Shown piece after piece: positions 1 through 9,678 of a stretch of DNA of 64,000 nucleotides. Position numbers and translations under genes: made by a program. This DNA is from an uncultured Verrucomicrobiae bacterium. Lineage in GTDB: Bacteria > Verrucomicrobiota > Verrucomicrobiia > Chthoniobacterales > Chthoniobacteraceae. The stretch covers positions 576,001 through 640,000 of the forward strand of contig CAVYKI010000009.1 of the NCBI GenBank assembly GCA_963769025.1. Direction: 5' to 3'. The notes below the pieces were generated by a model. The model did no database searches. It had not been told where the DNA came from and saw only the letters and a program-made list of their open reading frames with translations. Positions within the stretch are counted from its first letter, which is position 1. Each line of letters begins with the position of its first letter.

Positions 1-1348
1 TCGAGTAGCTCGTGAGGCGCGTCTCGTAACCGCCGCCGCCGACGCCGAAGGCTTCCTCGGTCGGCACGTAGCCGACGCAGCCGTTCGCGAGCTCGACCGG
101 GATGGTCATCTTGAAGTTGCTGCGCTTTTTCAAATCGAGTCCGAACTCGACGAAGAACTCCGCCTGATTCGTAAGGAAGACAGCGGGGCCGACCTGGATG
201 GCCTGCACCTCGACTTCGACCTCGGGCGATTTCGCGATCAGCGCGTCGAGCAGGACGATCTCCTTGGCGAAGGTCCACTCGGTCGTGCCGACTTCCTTCG
301 GGTTCTTCTTGGTGTCCTCGAGGCAGCGGGCGACGCGCGCGGGGTCGGGGATGCGGCGCTTCACGTTCCACGTCTTCACCTTTGCGTCGACGGGAAAGGG
401 TCCGGCGCTCCGCTCGGCGCGCCAGAGGGTCTTCAGCGCTTCAGTGCCGACGGTGCCGCCGATGTTCTGGGCGTGCCAATCGGCGGACTTCGGAGCGAAG
501 GGGTCGAGATTATCCACCTGCGTGATGTCGCCGCAGCAGCCTTGCAGAAAGACGACGGGAACATCCGCGCCGAGTCCGCCGCGGACGGTTTTTTCGAGGA
601 AGTAGATCCAGTTCGCCGAAAATGCCCCCGGCCCTGTCGTCGCGTGGCAGGCGAAATTCACGATGACGCCGAGCGGCTTCCCGTCCTTCGTCCATGCGCC
701 GATCGTCGAGACCTCCGGGTCCACCGGACCCGCGTAGCCGAGGATGTCGGGATTGCCCGGCCGCGCGTGGCTGTACGCGAGGCCGTTCTTCATGCGCTGG
801 CGGCGGTTGAAGGCGACTCCCTCGGCGCGGCCGACTCCAAAGCTCAGCAGCACGTCCACCTTCCCCGCGTCCGCCGCGGCGACGGCGTCCACGATGCCGG
901 TGATGAAGCGTTCGAGATACTTCGGATCGGCGGCGGAGGATTTTTCGTACGCGAGTTCCTGCACGTGTTTCGACGCGTGGTCGAATTCCCCCGGCAGCAC
1001 CATCCCCACCGGCCCGGACGTGTGGGAATGCGATGCGCCGAGCAGAATGCAATCCCCCGGGATGCCCGTGCGCTCCGCGATGCGCCGCCGCGCCTCGAGC
1101 GCCGTCTCGCGGCGGATGATGAGCGAATCCAGCCCCACAAGCGCGACGCGGCGTTTGCCATCATCGAACACCGCGGCTCGCACCTTCGGCGGGTCATGGA
1201 TCACTTTGCCATAGGATTTCCCATACCCGCCCGGCACTTCCATGCCGATGTCCGGCGCGACCTCGCGGTCGGCGAAACCGGCCTTGATACCATCGGCGCG
1301 GACGAAGGTGGTGAATAGGGAGAGGCAGAGGACGGGGAGGAATTTCAT
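1..1348 (-). CDS. Secreted neutral/alkaline ceramidase-like hydrolase (3' end runs off the window)
   Basis: Not in the ORF track because it has no stop in the window. Hand translation from ATG 1348 gives MKFLPVLCLSLFTTFVRADGIKAGFADREVAP...IHDPPKVRAAVFDDG...LLGASHSHTSGP, and the window edge gives AEFFVEFGLDLK...VELANGCVGYVPTEEAF...GGYETR in the same frame. Signal peptide, HxHxGP and NG.xGYxP motifs fit the family. Confidence 0.75.
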   Translation of the reverse strand, partial: MKFLPVLCLSLFTTFVRADGIKAGFADREVAPDIGMEVPGGYGKSYGKVIHDPPKVRAAVFDDGKRRVALVGLDSLIIRRETALEARRRIAERTGIPGDCILLGASHSHTSGPVGMVLPGEFDHASKHVQELAYEKSSAADPKYLERFITGIVDAVAAADAGKVDVLLSFGVGRAEGVAFNRRQRMKNGLAYSHARPGNPDILGYAGPVDPEVSTIGAWTKDGKPLGVIVNFACHATTGPGAFSANWIYFLEKTVRGGLGADVPVVFLQGCCGDITQVDNLDPFAPKSADWHAQNIGGTVGTEALKTLWRAERSAGPFPVDAKVKTWNVKRRIPDPARVARCLEDTKKNPKEVGTTEWTFAKEIVLLDALIAKSPEVEVEVQAIQVGPAVFLTNQAEFFVEFGLDLKKRSNFKMTIPVELANGCVGYVPTEEAFGVGGGGYETRLTSYS

Positions 1349-1493
1349 GCGGGTGAGGGGACGGGAGGGATTCGCAGGTGTCAGCCATTTCGAGCGCATG
1401 GCGCGGACTTCCTTTGGAAAAAGTCGGCTGCGGCGCGCGTTGGCGGTTGCTTAGTTTGGCTGCATTTGCATTTTGGCGGGCGCTCACGACCTC

Positions 1494-2384
1494 ATGATCC
1501 AGTTCATCCACGAAATCCACGAATCCTGCCGCGCTGCAAAGAGGCCTGCGGTCTCGTTTGAGTTTTTCCCGCCGAAGACACCCGAGGGCGACCGCAATCT
1601 CCTCGAAAAGACGATCCCGGCGCTCATGCCTCTGAAGCCGGACTATTGCTCGGTGACCTACGGCGCCGGCGGCTCGACGCGCGACAAGACCATCGGAATC
1701 GTGGACCGCATCCAGCGTGAGCATTCATTGACGACGATGATGCACCTGACGTGCGTGAACTCGACCAAGGAGGAACTCGCATCCGTGCTTGCCGAGGCGC
1801 GCGGACGGGGCATCAAGAACATCCTAGCGCTGCGCGGCGATCCGCCGACCGGCGAGGCGGAGTGGACGGCGACGGAGGGCGGCTTCACCTACTCGTCGCA
1901 GCTCGTCGCGTTTCTCAAGGAGCTCGGCGGCTTTTCCATCGGCACGGCGGGTTTCCCTGAGGGACACATCGCGCAGAAGGGCGGCAAGATGGCGGACTGG
2001 GGTTACCTCCGTGAGAAGATCGCGGCGGGTGCCCACTTCGTGATCACGCAGCTCTTTTTCGACAACGAAGATTTTTACCGCTTCCAGGAATACCTCGCGA
2101 AGCACGGCGTGACGGTGCCGATCATCCCCGGCATCCTGCCGGTCTCCTCGGCGAAGCAGACGAAGAAATTCACTGAGTTGTGCGGCGCGCGCCTGCCGGA
2201 GCCCTTCCTGAAACGGCTCGATGAGATCGGCGAAGACGACGAGACGGCGACGCAATTTGGCATCGAATACGCGACCGAGCAGTGCCGCGCGCTGCTGAAT
2301 GCCGGCGTGCCGGGCATCCATTTTTACACGCTGAACAAGGTGCGCTCGACGACGGCCATCGTGCGGAATCTCGGGCTCGCCTGA
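1494..2384 (+). CDS. metF: 5,10-methylenetetrahydrofolate reductase
   Basis: SFEFFPPKT, SVTYGAGG, HLTC, LALRGDPP, GFPEGH, ITQLFFD and IHFYTLN motifs. ATG at 1494. Confidence 0.95.
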   Translation: MIQFIHEIHESCRAAKRPAVSFEFFPPKTPEGDRNLLEKTIPALMPLKPDYCSVTYGAGGSTRDKTIGIVDRIQREHSLTTMMHLTCVNSTKEELASVLAEARGRGIKNILALRGDPPTGEAEWTATEGGFTYSSQLVAFLKELGGFSIGTAGFPEGHIAQKGGKMADWGYLREKIAAGAHFVITQLFFDNEDFYRFQEYLAKHGVTVPIIPGILPVSSAKQTKKFTELCGARLPEPFLKRLDEIGEDDETATQFGIEYATEQCRALLNAGVPGIHFYTLNKVRSTTAIVRNLGLA

Positions 2385-2416
2385 GCATGCGTGCCGGTGC
2401 GCCATCTGTGCCGCCC

Positions 2417-3499
2417 ATGAAAATCTCCACGCTCGTCGCATTTGTCGCACTCCTGGTGTCCGGGCCCGTGCACGGTGCCCCGCCCGCGGCGGAAAAACCT
2501 CCGGTGCTTTCCGCCGCGGAGATTGTCTCGCAGCTCGACGGGCTTTTCGACGCGGACGAGGAAAACGAGGAGGTGGTTTCTGCCGAGCGGTTCGTCGCAA
2601 TTTTGAAACGGAAGATGGCGCGATTCGATCGGCTTGCGGCGGATTTCCGCGCGCGTTTTCCCAATCATCCGCTCCGCTGGAAAGTGCTGCTGCTCGATGC
2701 GCTGCACCTGCCGATCCGCGAGCAGGCCGGGCTGCCGGTGCCGTCGGAAAAAACGGCCGACGCGATGTTTGATTCCATCCTCGCCGCCGCCGATGCGCCG
2801 CCGGAAGTGAAGTCCGACGCGAGCGTGCAACGCCTCATGCTCTCGGCCGAGAAGGTGGGCGACAAGAAGCTGGCACTCGACGAATGGGAGAAGCGGCTGA
2901 CGAAGCACTGGGAGGATTTTCCCGCCGCGGCTGACAATGCGGCGCTGGAGGAACTGCACCTCGGCATGGTGGAGGAATTCGCGCCGGCCCGCATCGAGGC
3001 GCTGGTCGCGCTGCTCGCCGCCCGCAAGGACCCCGCGATTTCCGAAATGGCGAAGGAGAAGCAGGCCGGGCTGAAGCGGATGGCGGAGCTGAAGAGCAAG
3101 CCGGTCGAGCTGAAGTTCAAGGCGATCGACGGCTCGGAAGTGGACCTGGCGAAGCTGCGGGGGAAGGTGGTGCTCGTGGATTTCTGGGCGACGTGGTGCG
3201 GCCCGTGCATGGCGGAACTGCCGAAGCTGCTCGCGGCCTACGCGAAGTTTCACGACCGCGGATTCGAGATCGTCGGCATCTCGCTCGACGAGGACGAGGC
3301 CGCGCTGAAACGCGTGCTCAAGACGAAGAGGATCGCCTGGCCGCAGTACTTCGACGGGCGGGGATGGGACACGGAGATCGCGCATCGCTTCGGCATCACC
3401 GCGCTCCCGACGACATGGCTCGTGAACAAGGAGGGGATGCTCGTGGAGGTGAATCCCGAGGCCGATCTCGCGGAGAAGATCGAGAGTCTGCTCCGGTAG
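2417..3499 (+). CDS. TlpA/ResA-family thiol-disulfide oxidoreductase with signal peptide and helical N-terminal extension
   Basis: LRGKVVLVDFWATWCGPC, GISLD and ITALPTTWLV thioredoxin-fold motifs. Signal peptide MKISTLVAFVALLVSGPVHG. Confidence 0.88.
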   Translation: MKISTLVAFVALLVSGPVHGAPPAAEKPPVLSAAEIVSQLDGLFDADEENEEVVSAERFVAILKRKMARFDRLAADFRARFPNHPLRWKVLLLDALHLPIREQAGLPVPSEKTADAMFDSILAAADAPPEVKSDASVQRLMLSAEKVGDKKLALDEWEKRLTKHWEDFPAAADNAALEELHLGMVEEFAPARIEALVALLAARKDPAISEMAKEKQAGLKRMAELKSKPVELKFKAIDGSEVDLAKLRGKVVLVDFWATWCGPCMAELPKLLAAYAKFHDRGFEIVGISLDEDEAALKRVLKTKRIAWPQYFDGRGWDTEIAHRFGITALPTTWLVNKEGMLVEVNPEADLAEKIESLLR

Positions 3500-3535
3500 G
3501 GCGCTTTCGCCGAAAGCGCCCACTCTTCCTTTTCG
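3499..3535 (+). terminator. Probable intrinsic terminator after tlpA
   Basis: Inverted repeat GGGCGCTTTCG-C-CGAAAGCGCCC (3499-3521) directly after the stop, followed by pyrimidine-rich CTCTTCCTTTT. Confidence 0.6.
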
Positions 3536-3600
3536 TTGCCACGCGACCCCGCGCCAAAATCCGCTCGCATGCCCCGCCACGCGGCGTTACCGAAGCCGAT

Positions 3601-4021
3601 ATGCAAGCGCACTTCGTCCTAATCGAAACGACCTACGACGGCCAGCTCCGCACCACGGCGACCCATGGGCCGAGCGGCAATTCGCTCATCACCGATGCGC
3701 CGGTGGACAATCACGGTCGCGGCGAATCCTTTTCCCCGACCGATCTCGTCGCCACGGCGCTCGGCACGTGCATGGCGACGGTGATGGGCATCTATGCCGA
3801 GCGGCATGCGATCGACCTGAAGGGGATGCGCCTCACGGTGAAAAAGGAAATGGTGCAGACTCCCGTGCGCCGCATCGGCCGGCTCACGAGCGAAATTCAC
3901 ATCCCGCTCCCGGCGGATCATCCGCATCGCGCAGCGCTCGAGCGCGCGGCGCTCACCTGTCCCGTCCACGCCAGCCTCCATCCCGAGATGGAAAAGCCGG
4001 TGACTCTTCCACTGGAAGTAG
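3601..4021 (+). CDS. OsmC-family protein (apparent +1 frameshift near 4006)
   Basis: TDAPVDNHGRGESFSPTDLVATALGTC...AALTCPVHASL with both conserved Cys. Removing one base at ~4006 gives KPVTFHWK* with TAG at 4019-4021, a normal OsmC length. Confidence 0.85.
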
Positions 4022-4147
4022 CGACCGCGACATTCGCAGCCCGGTTTATTTCTGTCTATTGCGCCCCGTTGTGGCGATTCGGCGCGGGCGGCTTGCCGAG
4101 GAATTTTGCTGTTGGCGATGACGCACGGCCGCCTCTATCTGCGTGGC

Positions 4148-4654
4148 ATGTTTCTCCGCACGTTTGTCGCCCTCGCTGCCGTCGTGATGCTCGCTGGCTG
4201 TCCGGTGCCTGACAAAAAATCGAAAAAGGCGAAGGGCAAGGAGCAGCCGCAGATCAAGGACCAGAGCTCGGATGCCTCGTTCCAGGCGTTCCTCGGGCGG
4301 CTGAGCAAGGCGGTGGAACTCCGCGACAAGATGATGCTGGCGTCGATGATGGCGCCGGACTTCGGCTACCGCTGGGACAACGGGCCGGAAGGCGAGACTC
4401 CGTTCGCCTACTGGGATCGCAACAAGCTCTGGGGCGAACTCTCGGCGCTGCTGCGCGAGCGGTGGACGCCGCACGATGCCTTCATGGTGGTGCCGCCTCA
4501 GTTTGCGCAGAGTGACAGCTATCCCGGTTACCGGGCCGGGCTGACGATGGTGAACGGGAGTTGGCGCTTCGCGTATTTTGTGGCCGCGCCGCCGGCCGGT
4601 GGAGCACCGCAGGAGCCGGCTGATCAGGAGTCGCTCCCTCCGCTTCCGCAGTGA
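4148..4654 (+). CDS. Hypothetical lipoprotein
   Basis: MFLRTFVALAAVVMLAGC lipobox (LAGC) followed by a Lys-rich linker and a globular domain. Alternative ATG at 4118. Confidence 0.75.
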   Translation: MFLRTFVALAAVVMLAGCPVPDKKSKKAKGKEQPQIKDQSSDASFQAFLGRLSKAVELRDKMMLASMMAPDFGYRWDNGPEGETPFAYWDRNKLWGELSALLRERWTPHDAFMVVPPQFAQSDSYPGYRAGLTMVNGSWRFAYFVAAPPAGGAPQEPADQESLPPLPQ

Positions 4655-4698
4655 GCTGAGGCGATTGGCACTTTTGCGAAACGGCTGACCGGTGGCCG

Positions 4699-6999
4699 TC
4701 ACTGCGCACGTGGCTGGAGGCGCGGCGGTGCGATGCGGAGCGCGGGGCTTTCGCCTTCCCCGAGCGGCAGCGGCGGCGTCTGCAGATCGAAAATTTCACC
4801 CCATTCGCCCCCGGCGATCACGGTGGCGCTCATGCGCCATGACTCGTAGGACTCGGGCCATGTCGCGCGCTCGCCGGGGCCGAAGAAAAGATAGCGCACG
4901 CCGAGGCGCGCCGCGCGCAGGCGCCAGTCGGGGAATCCGCGCATGAGCGCATCGAGTTCGTCATCCACCGGGCCGTACAGGATGCCGTGGCTGGAGAGAT
5001 GCCCGTCGTATCCCATCACGACCTTCCGTCCGCAGAGCAGGAGCGGGTGGTTGAAATTGGGCTGTGCGGCAAAAGGCTCGGTGATGGGAATGTCGCGCAC
5101 CGCCAGCGCGACGGCGTCGAGCGTGGAGAGTTTCGCAATCGGGTAGCCGCGGTGGGAGCCGTCGATGCCGCCGAGGACCGAGAGGAATCCGGAGAAAAAC
5201 AGCAGCGTGCAGGCGACCGATCGCAGCCACGGGTTCCAGCGGACGAGGAGCGTTTCCCAAAGCGCCGCGAGCACGATGACCCAGCTCCAGAGCATCATCT
5301 TCGAATTGTCCCAATCCCATCGCGCGAAGCGGATGTTGCAGCAGACAAAGAAAAGGAAGAGCGCGGGGATGCCGATGAGGGTCGGCCATCCGGCGGCGGG
5401 ATGCTGCGCGATGCGCCGGAGCAACACGACGAATGCATAGGTCGCGAGCAGCAGCGGCAACGCGTTCGCAGGCAGCAGGGGAATATGAGGATTCCACGTG
5501 TGCAGAATCGTGAGCAGGGAATCGAGCATCAGAATGCCCGACGTTGCGAACAGCACCTGGCGCAGTCCGAAGTCGTGCGCATTCACGCGCTGAAGGCGCG
5601 TTGCTGCGATGGCGGCGGCAAGCGCGAGCAACGGCACGGCGGCCGCGCGCAGGTCCCAAAATTCCCCGCCGCCGGTCAGCAGCGCGCCGAGCGACTTTTC
5701 CTGGTAGCCGGACCACGCGCCGAGGAAGGGCGTGACGACGATGATGCCTGCAAACCATGCCCATCCCGCCCAGTGCGAGGGACCACGCGGGAACACCGGC
5801 CGCAGCAGCGCGATCGCGAACGGCACGAGCAGCAGCGGCAGCACGCCGAAATTGCCGAACCAGAAGATGAGAAATTTCCCGTGCGCGGCGAACGGGGCGG
5901 CGTCCGGCGCCTTGTCCGCGACGTGCTGCCAGATTTCGGCGGTGGTCGCGTCATTCACCATCCAGCCCGGCTGCCAGCCGATCGCATCCACTGGCGGACG
6001 GCGCGGGGGATTTTCAAACTGGCTCATGTCCTCCCACCTCGGTTCGGCGTTCGTCTTGAACATGCCGACGGTGAGGTAAAGCAGCGCGGTCGCCGGGAGG
6101 AACGCCGCGGCAATCAGCGCGGCGATCTGCATGCGCGCGGACGGGCGCGCGATGAGGAACGCAGCGAGCAGGAATGATAGCGCGAGGAAGGTGTGCAGGT
6201 GGAAGAACGGCATCGCCGCGTAAAGCAGCAGTTCGCCGGGGAACGGCATTCGCCATCCTCTCCCGTCCTCGAAAAAGCGCGTGCGCCACGAAGTGAGCAG
6301 CAGCAGGCCCGCCGGCAGCGCGAAGAGAAAGCCGCGCTGCGTGACGAGGATCGAGAGCGGCAGGTTCTTCCACGCCCAGTCGGCCTGATAGTCGCGGAAG
6401 AATGGAAGCTGCGGGTCCGATGCGAAGTACGCGAGCGCAGCGAGGCCGCCGTTGCAGAGAAAGCCCATCACGGTGAATGCGCCGCCCCATCGCAGAAGCG
6501 CGAGCCCGGTGGCGAGCGCGCCGAGGAGCCCGGTCCAGATCAGCCCGCGCTCGGTGTTCACGCCGACGAGCGAGAGCAGCGAGTTGAACAGATCCATGCC
6601 GACGGAGTACGTGAGTTTTCCCGCGGAAAAGATCGGGTTGTCCGGCCAGAACGGCGCGCCGTTCGCGAGGTAGTGGATGAAGGTGAGGTGCAGCGACATG
6701 TCGCCGAGATTATTCGGCGAGAGCACGCAGAGGTCGTCGCCTTCGCGGAAGATCAGCCACAGGAACGCGCGGAGACTGACCAGCGCGAAGAACACGAGCG
6801 CGGCAATCGCCCAGGCGCCGGGGCGGGGGAGCTTCTGCGCGCGGCGTCCGCGCCACCATCCGAGCACTCCGACGACAAATCCGCCGGAGAGCGCGATCAG
6901 CGCCGCCGTCGGCGTGAGTCCGCCATCATAAAACGCGAGCCCAAGCGCGATGAGCACGGAACTGGCGACGGCGTAGAGCGCGGCGGCGAGGAAGTTCAT
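4699..6999 (-). CDS. Polytopic membrane protein, probable GT-C fold glycosyltransferase
   Basis: 766 aa with many TM segments. First loop has GDMSLHLTFI...WPDNPIFSAGKLTY. C-terminal soluble domain ends LGVRYLFFGPGE. ATGA overlap with the upstream gene. Confidence 0.65.
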   Translation of the reverse strand: MNFLAAALYAVASSVLIALGLAFYDGGLTPTAALIALSGGFVVGVLGWWRGRRAQKLPRPGAWAIAALVFFALVSLRAFLWLIFREGDDLCVLSPNNLGDMSLHLTFIHYLANGAPFWPDNPIFSAGKLTYSVGMDLFNSLLSLVGVNTERGLIWTGLLGALATGLALLRWGGAFTVMGFLCNGGLAALAYFASDPQLPFFRDYQADWAWKNLPLSILVTQRGFLFALPAGLLLLTSWRTRFFEDGRGWRMPFPGELLLYAAMPFFHLHTFLALSFLLAAFLIARPSARMQIAALIAAAFLPATALLYLTVGMFKTNAEPRWEDMSQFENPPRRPPVDAIGWQPGWMVNDATTAEIWQHVADKAPDAAPFAAHGKFLIFWFGNFGVLPLLLVPFAIALLRPVFPRGPSHWAGWAWFAGIIVVTPFLGAWSGYQEKSLGALLTGGGEFWDLRAAAVPLLALAAAIAATRLQRVNAHDFGLRQVLFATSGILMLDSLLTILHTWNPHIPLLPANALPLLLATYAFVVLLRRIAQHPAAGWPTLIGIPALFLFFVCCNIRFARWDWDNSKMMLWSWVIVLAALWETLLVRWNPWLRSVACTLLFFSGFLSVLGGIDGSHRGYPIAKLSTLDAVALAVRDIPITEPFAAQPNFNHPLLLCGRKVVMGYDGHLSSHGILYGPVDDELDALMRGFPDWRLRAARLGVRYLFFGPGERATWPESYESWRMSATVIAGGEWGEIFDLQTPPLPLGEGESPALRIAPPRLQPRAQ

Positions 7000-8793
7000 T
7001 TTTGCAATGGCTCCGGCAGGGCCGGGTTTTTCAGCGGAATGCGCGGATGGATCTCGGGTTTGCGTCCGGGGAACTGCGAGGCAAACCGGTCGGCTGCGAG
7101 GTAGAGCCAGCCGCGGGCGGTGCCGTTGCGGAGGCGGCAGCTTTCCTTGAAGTAGATGCCGTAGACGCGGTCCTCGAATTCCAGTTCACGCCCGGCGGGC
7201 ATGAGGACAAAGTCGGCGTCGTAATTCTCCGGAGTCGCGTCCTCGCCGGCGTAGGTGATGTTCGGAAATTCGTTCAGCTCCCATGTGAGCGGAAACGCCT
7301 CGGTGAAGACGAGCCCGTGCAACTGGCGCTGCCGCGCATCCTCCCGGACCAGCGTGCGCACGGCGCGGAGCAGCTTGTTGATGTCCGGAGTCGTCTGGAC
7401 GTAGATGTAGCGCTCGCCGTCGAACGTGGGCTGCACGAAATCCAGCCGCCAGCAATCACGCAGCGGATTCCACGCGAGGAGCAGGCCGACGGAATAGACC
7501 AGCCGCCGATCCGTGGACTGGATGAGCGTATCCGCGACCAGGCCGAGGACAAAAAGGAACGGCCAGAGGAGATTGATGATGCACCACGGAGTCTTGTACG
7601 GGATGAGCGAATAAGCCGTGAACGCGGCGAGCCCGTAGAGGCAGAGCAGGCGCGCCTCGCGGCTTTGGCGCGGGGGACGCGGCGAAGAAGCCGACGCTGC
7701 AAGCGATGAGCCACAGCCCGAGCGATGAGAGGCCCGTGAGGTTCCATTTCGGATCGAGAAAATCCCGCGCTGCGGGAATGTTGGGCATGGCGGATGAAAC
7801 CATGACGCCGGCTCCGACCAGCAGCGCGCCGATCAGCACCAGACCGGCAGCGGGCAGCGGCGCGCGGCGCAGCGAGAGCAGCGGTGCCGCGGCGAGGCCG
7901 ATCAGCGCGGGCCATTCGTACCAGGCCATGAGTTTCAGCCAGTAGAAGAATTCCTTGTTGTGACCGGCCTCGGCCGTCGTGCCCTTGGAATACATCAGCC
8001 CGAACGTCTCGAAGAGGCCCATGACGCCCGGCCAGTTCATGCCGAAGCTCGACTGGAAAAGGATGACGGCGGCCGTGCAGGTGACGATCACCGTCGCGAT
8101 CTGACGGTTGGAAAAATACGTCTTTTTGGGAATGGAATCCACAGTCGCGTCCAATGCGCGCCCGGCGAAAAGGTCCGCCGGCCGCGCGCGCTGTGTTCCG
8201 GGGGTGAGCGGCGCGAGCCAGTCGAGGCACCGCGTCGCGAAGAGCGCGAGCGCGGCGGCGATCCAGTGGACGAGATAGGTTTCCTTGGTCAGCACCATGC
8301 CGGCGATGCCGACGCCAAACGCCCAGAGGTCACGTGCCCGACCTTCCCTCCGCGCAATGCCGAAGCCGCCATACACGGCGAGGATGGTGAAAAACGGCAG
8401 CCACGTCTCGTGGATCGCGTAGCGCGAATAGAAGACCATCCCCGGAGAAATGGCCGCCGCGAGCGAGGCGATCCACACCGCGCGCCACGGGAGGAATCGG
8501 AAAAAGGCGAGCATCAGCGCGATGGTGGCGGTGCCGATGAGCACGGTCGGCATCCGCATCGCCCACAGGCTGCGGCCGAAGAGCTGCTGCGAGGCGAAGA
8601 GCGTGTAGAAATGCAGCGGCCCGTGGTAATTCGCCGGATCGTAGCGGTAGCAGCCCTCGGTGCGCATCCCGTCGATGAACGATCCATTCACACCCTCGTC
8701 GAAATGCGCCGGGCGCAGATCGAGCGCGGCCACGCGCAGGGCAAACGCGAGAGCGATGATGAAGATGGAGATCCAGCGTTGGGGGGCTGACAT
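6996..8793 (-). CDS. GT-C/PMT-like membrane glycosyltransferase (TIGR03663/Agl23-like), one frameshift near 7650-7670
   Basis: LRPAHFDEGVN, YRYDPANYHGP, YSRYAIHE and LTKETY in ORF 7456-8793. After the frameshift, YSLIPYKTPWCII continues in frame into ORF 6996-7436 (YIYVQT). Confidence 0.78.
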
Positions 8794-8896
8794 CGTGCGG
8801 GCCGCTCAGCGAGGGCGCAGGGTTGGAAAAAGAATTACTGTCATGGCTTTTGACCGTCCGGCCATTCAACTGATACGGACTGCGGGAACAACCGAA

Positions 8897-9655
8897 ATGT
8901 CCGACAGCGGCGCGCCATTTGTCTCAATCATCATCCCCGCCTATAACGAGGCGCACCGCCTGGAGGCGAGCATTACGGTGCTGGACGCCTACCTCGGCTC
9001 CGTCCCTTGGAGCCACGAACTGATCCTCGTCGTCGAGAAAAGCACCGACGGCACGCTGGAACTCGCGCGCCGGATTCTCGCAGGGCGGCACGGCGTGGAA
9101 GTCGTCGGGCACGAAGTCCAGCGGGGCAAAGGTTACGCCGTCCGGGCCGGGATGCTTCGGGCTCGGGGGGAACTCGCGTTTTTCATGGACGCCGACCTCT
9201 CCACGCCGCTGCACGAGATGGACCGGTTTATTGAGCGCTTTTCAAAAAGCCCGCCCGTCGATGTCCTGGTGGGCAACCGCCAGCACGGCCGCAGCGAGAT
9301 TTTGCAGCAACAGCATTTCCTCCGCAGGAGAATGGGTCAGACCTTCAACGCGATCCTGCGCACGATCGCCGGCATCCGGCTGGCCGACACGCAGTGCGGC
9401 TTCAAGGCATTCCGCCGCACAGCGCGCGAGGCAATTTTTCCCCGGCAAAAACTGGACGGCTTCGCATTCGACGTGGAGGTGCTGCTGCTGGCCGAGCGGC
9501 TGGGTTTCGTCGTCGAGGACATGCCCGTGCAGTGGCGCAATGCGGAGGGGAGCAAGGTGCGCATCATCCGCGACTCGTGCCGCATGCTGGCCGACGCGAT
9601 CCGAGTCCGCCGGTTGGTGGCAAGAACTCTCGCGGCGCGACCCGCTGTGGGATAA
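8897..9655 (+). CDS. GT2 polyprenyl/dolichyl-phosphate glycosyltransferase (DPM/DPG synthase-like)
   Basis: SIIIPAYNE, GKGYAVRAG, FMDADLS (DxD), DTQCGFKAF and FAFDVEVL motifs. Confidence 0.9.
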   Translation: MSDSGAPFVSIIIPAYNEAHRLEASITVLDAYLGSVPWSHELILVVEKSTDGTLELARRILAGRHGVEVVGHEVQRGKGYAVRAGMLRARGELAFFMDADLSTPLHEMDRFIERFSKSPPVDVLVGNRQHGRSEILQQQHFLRRRMGQTFNAILRTIAGIRLADTQCGFKAFRRTAREAIFPRQKLDGFAFDVEVLLLAERLGFVVEDMPVQWRNAEGSKVRIIRDSCRMLADAIRVRRLVARTLAARPAVG

Positions 9656-9678
9656 ATCCGACCCCGAGCCGTTGCGGT

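Noticed and set aside
198..1318. Plus-strand ORFs of 135, 281 and 156 aa at the window start
   Set aside because: Shadows of the minus-strand ceramidase-like gene that the ORF track missed.
1349..1493. Possible SAM riboswitch upstream of metF
   Set aside because: Short divergent intergenic region with no SAM-I/II/IV consensus recognisable by eye.
3193..4212. 339-aa ORF suggesting an extended OsmC fusion
   Set aside because: The N-terminal part overlaps tlpA out of frame, and the C-terminal tail results from a probable single-base insertion.
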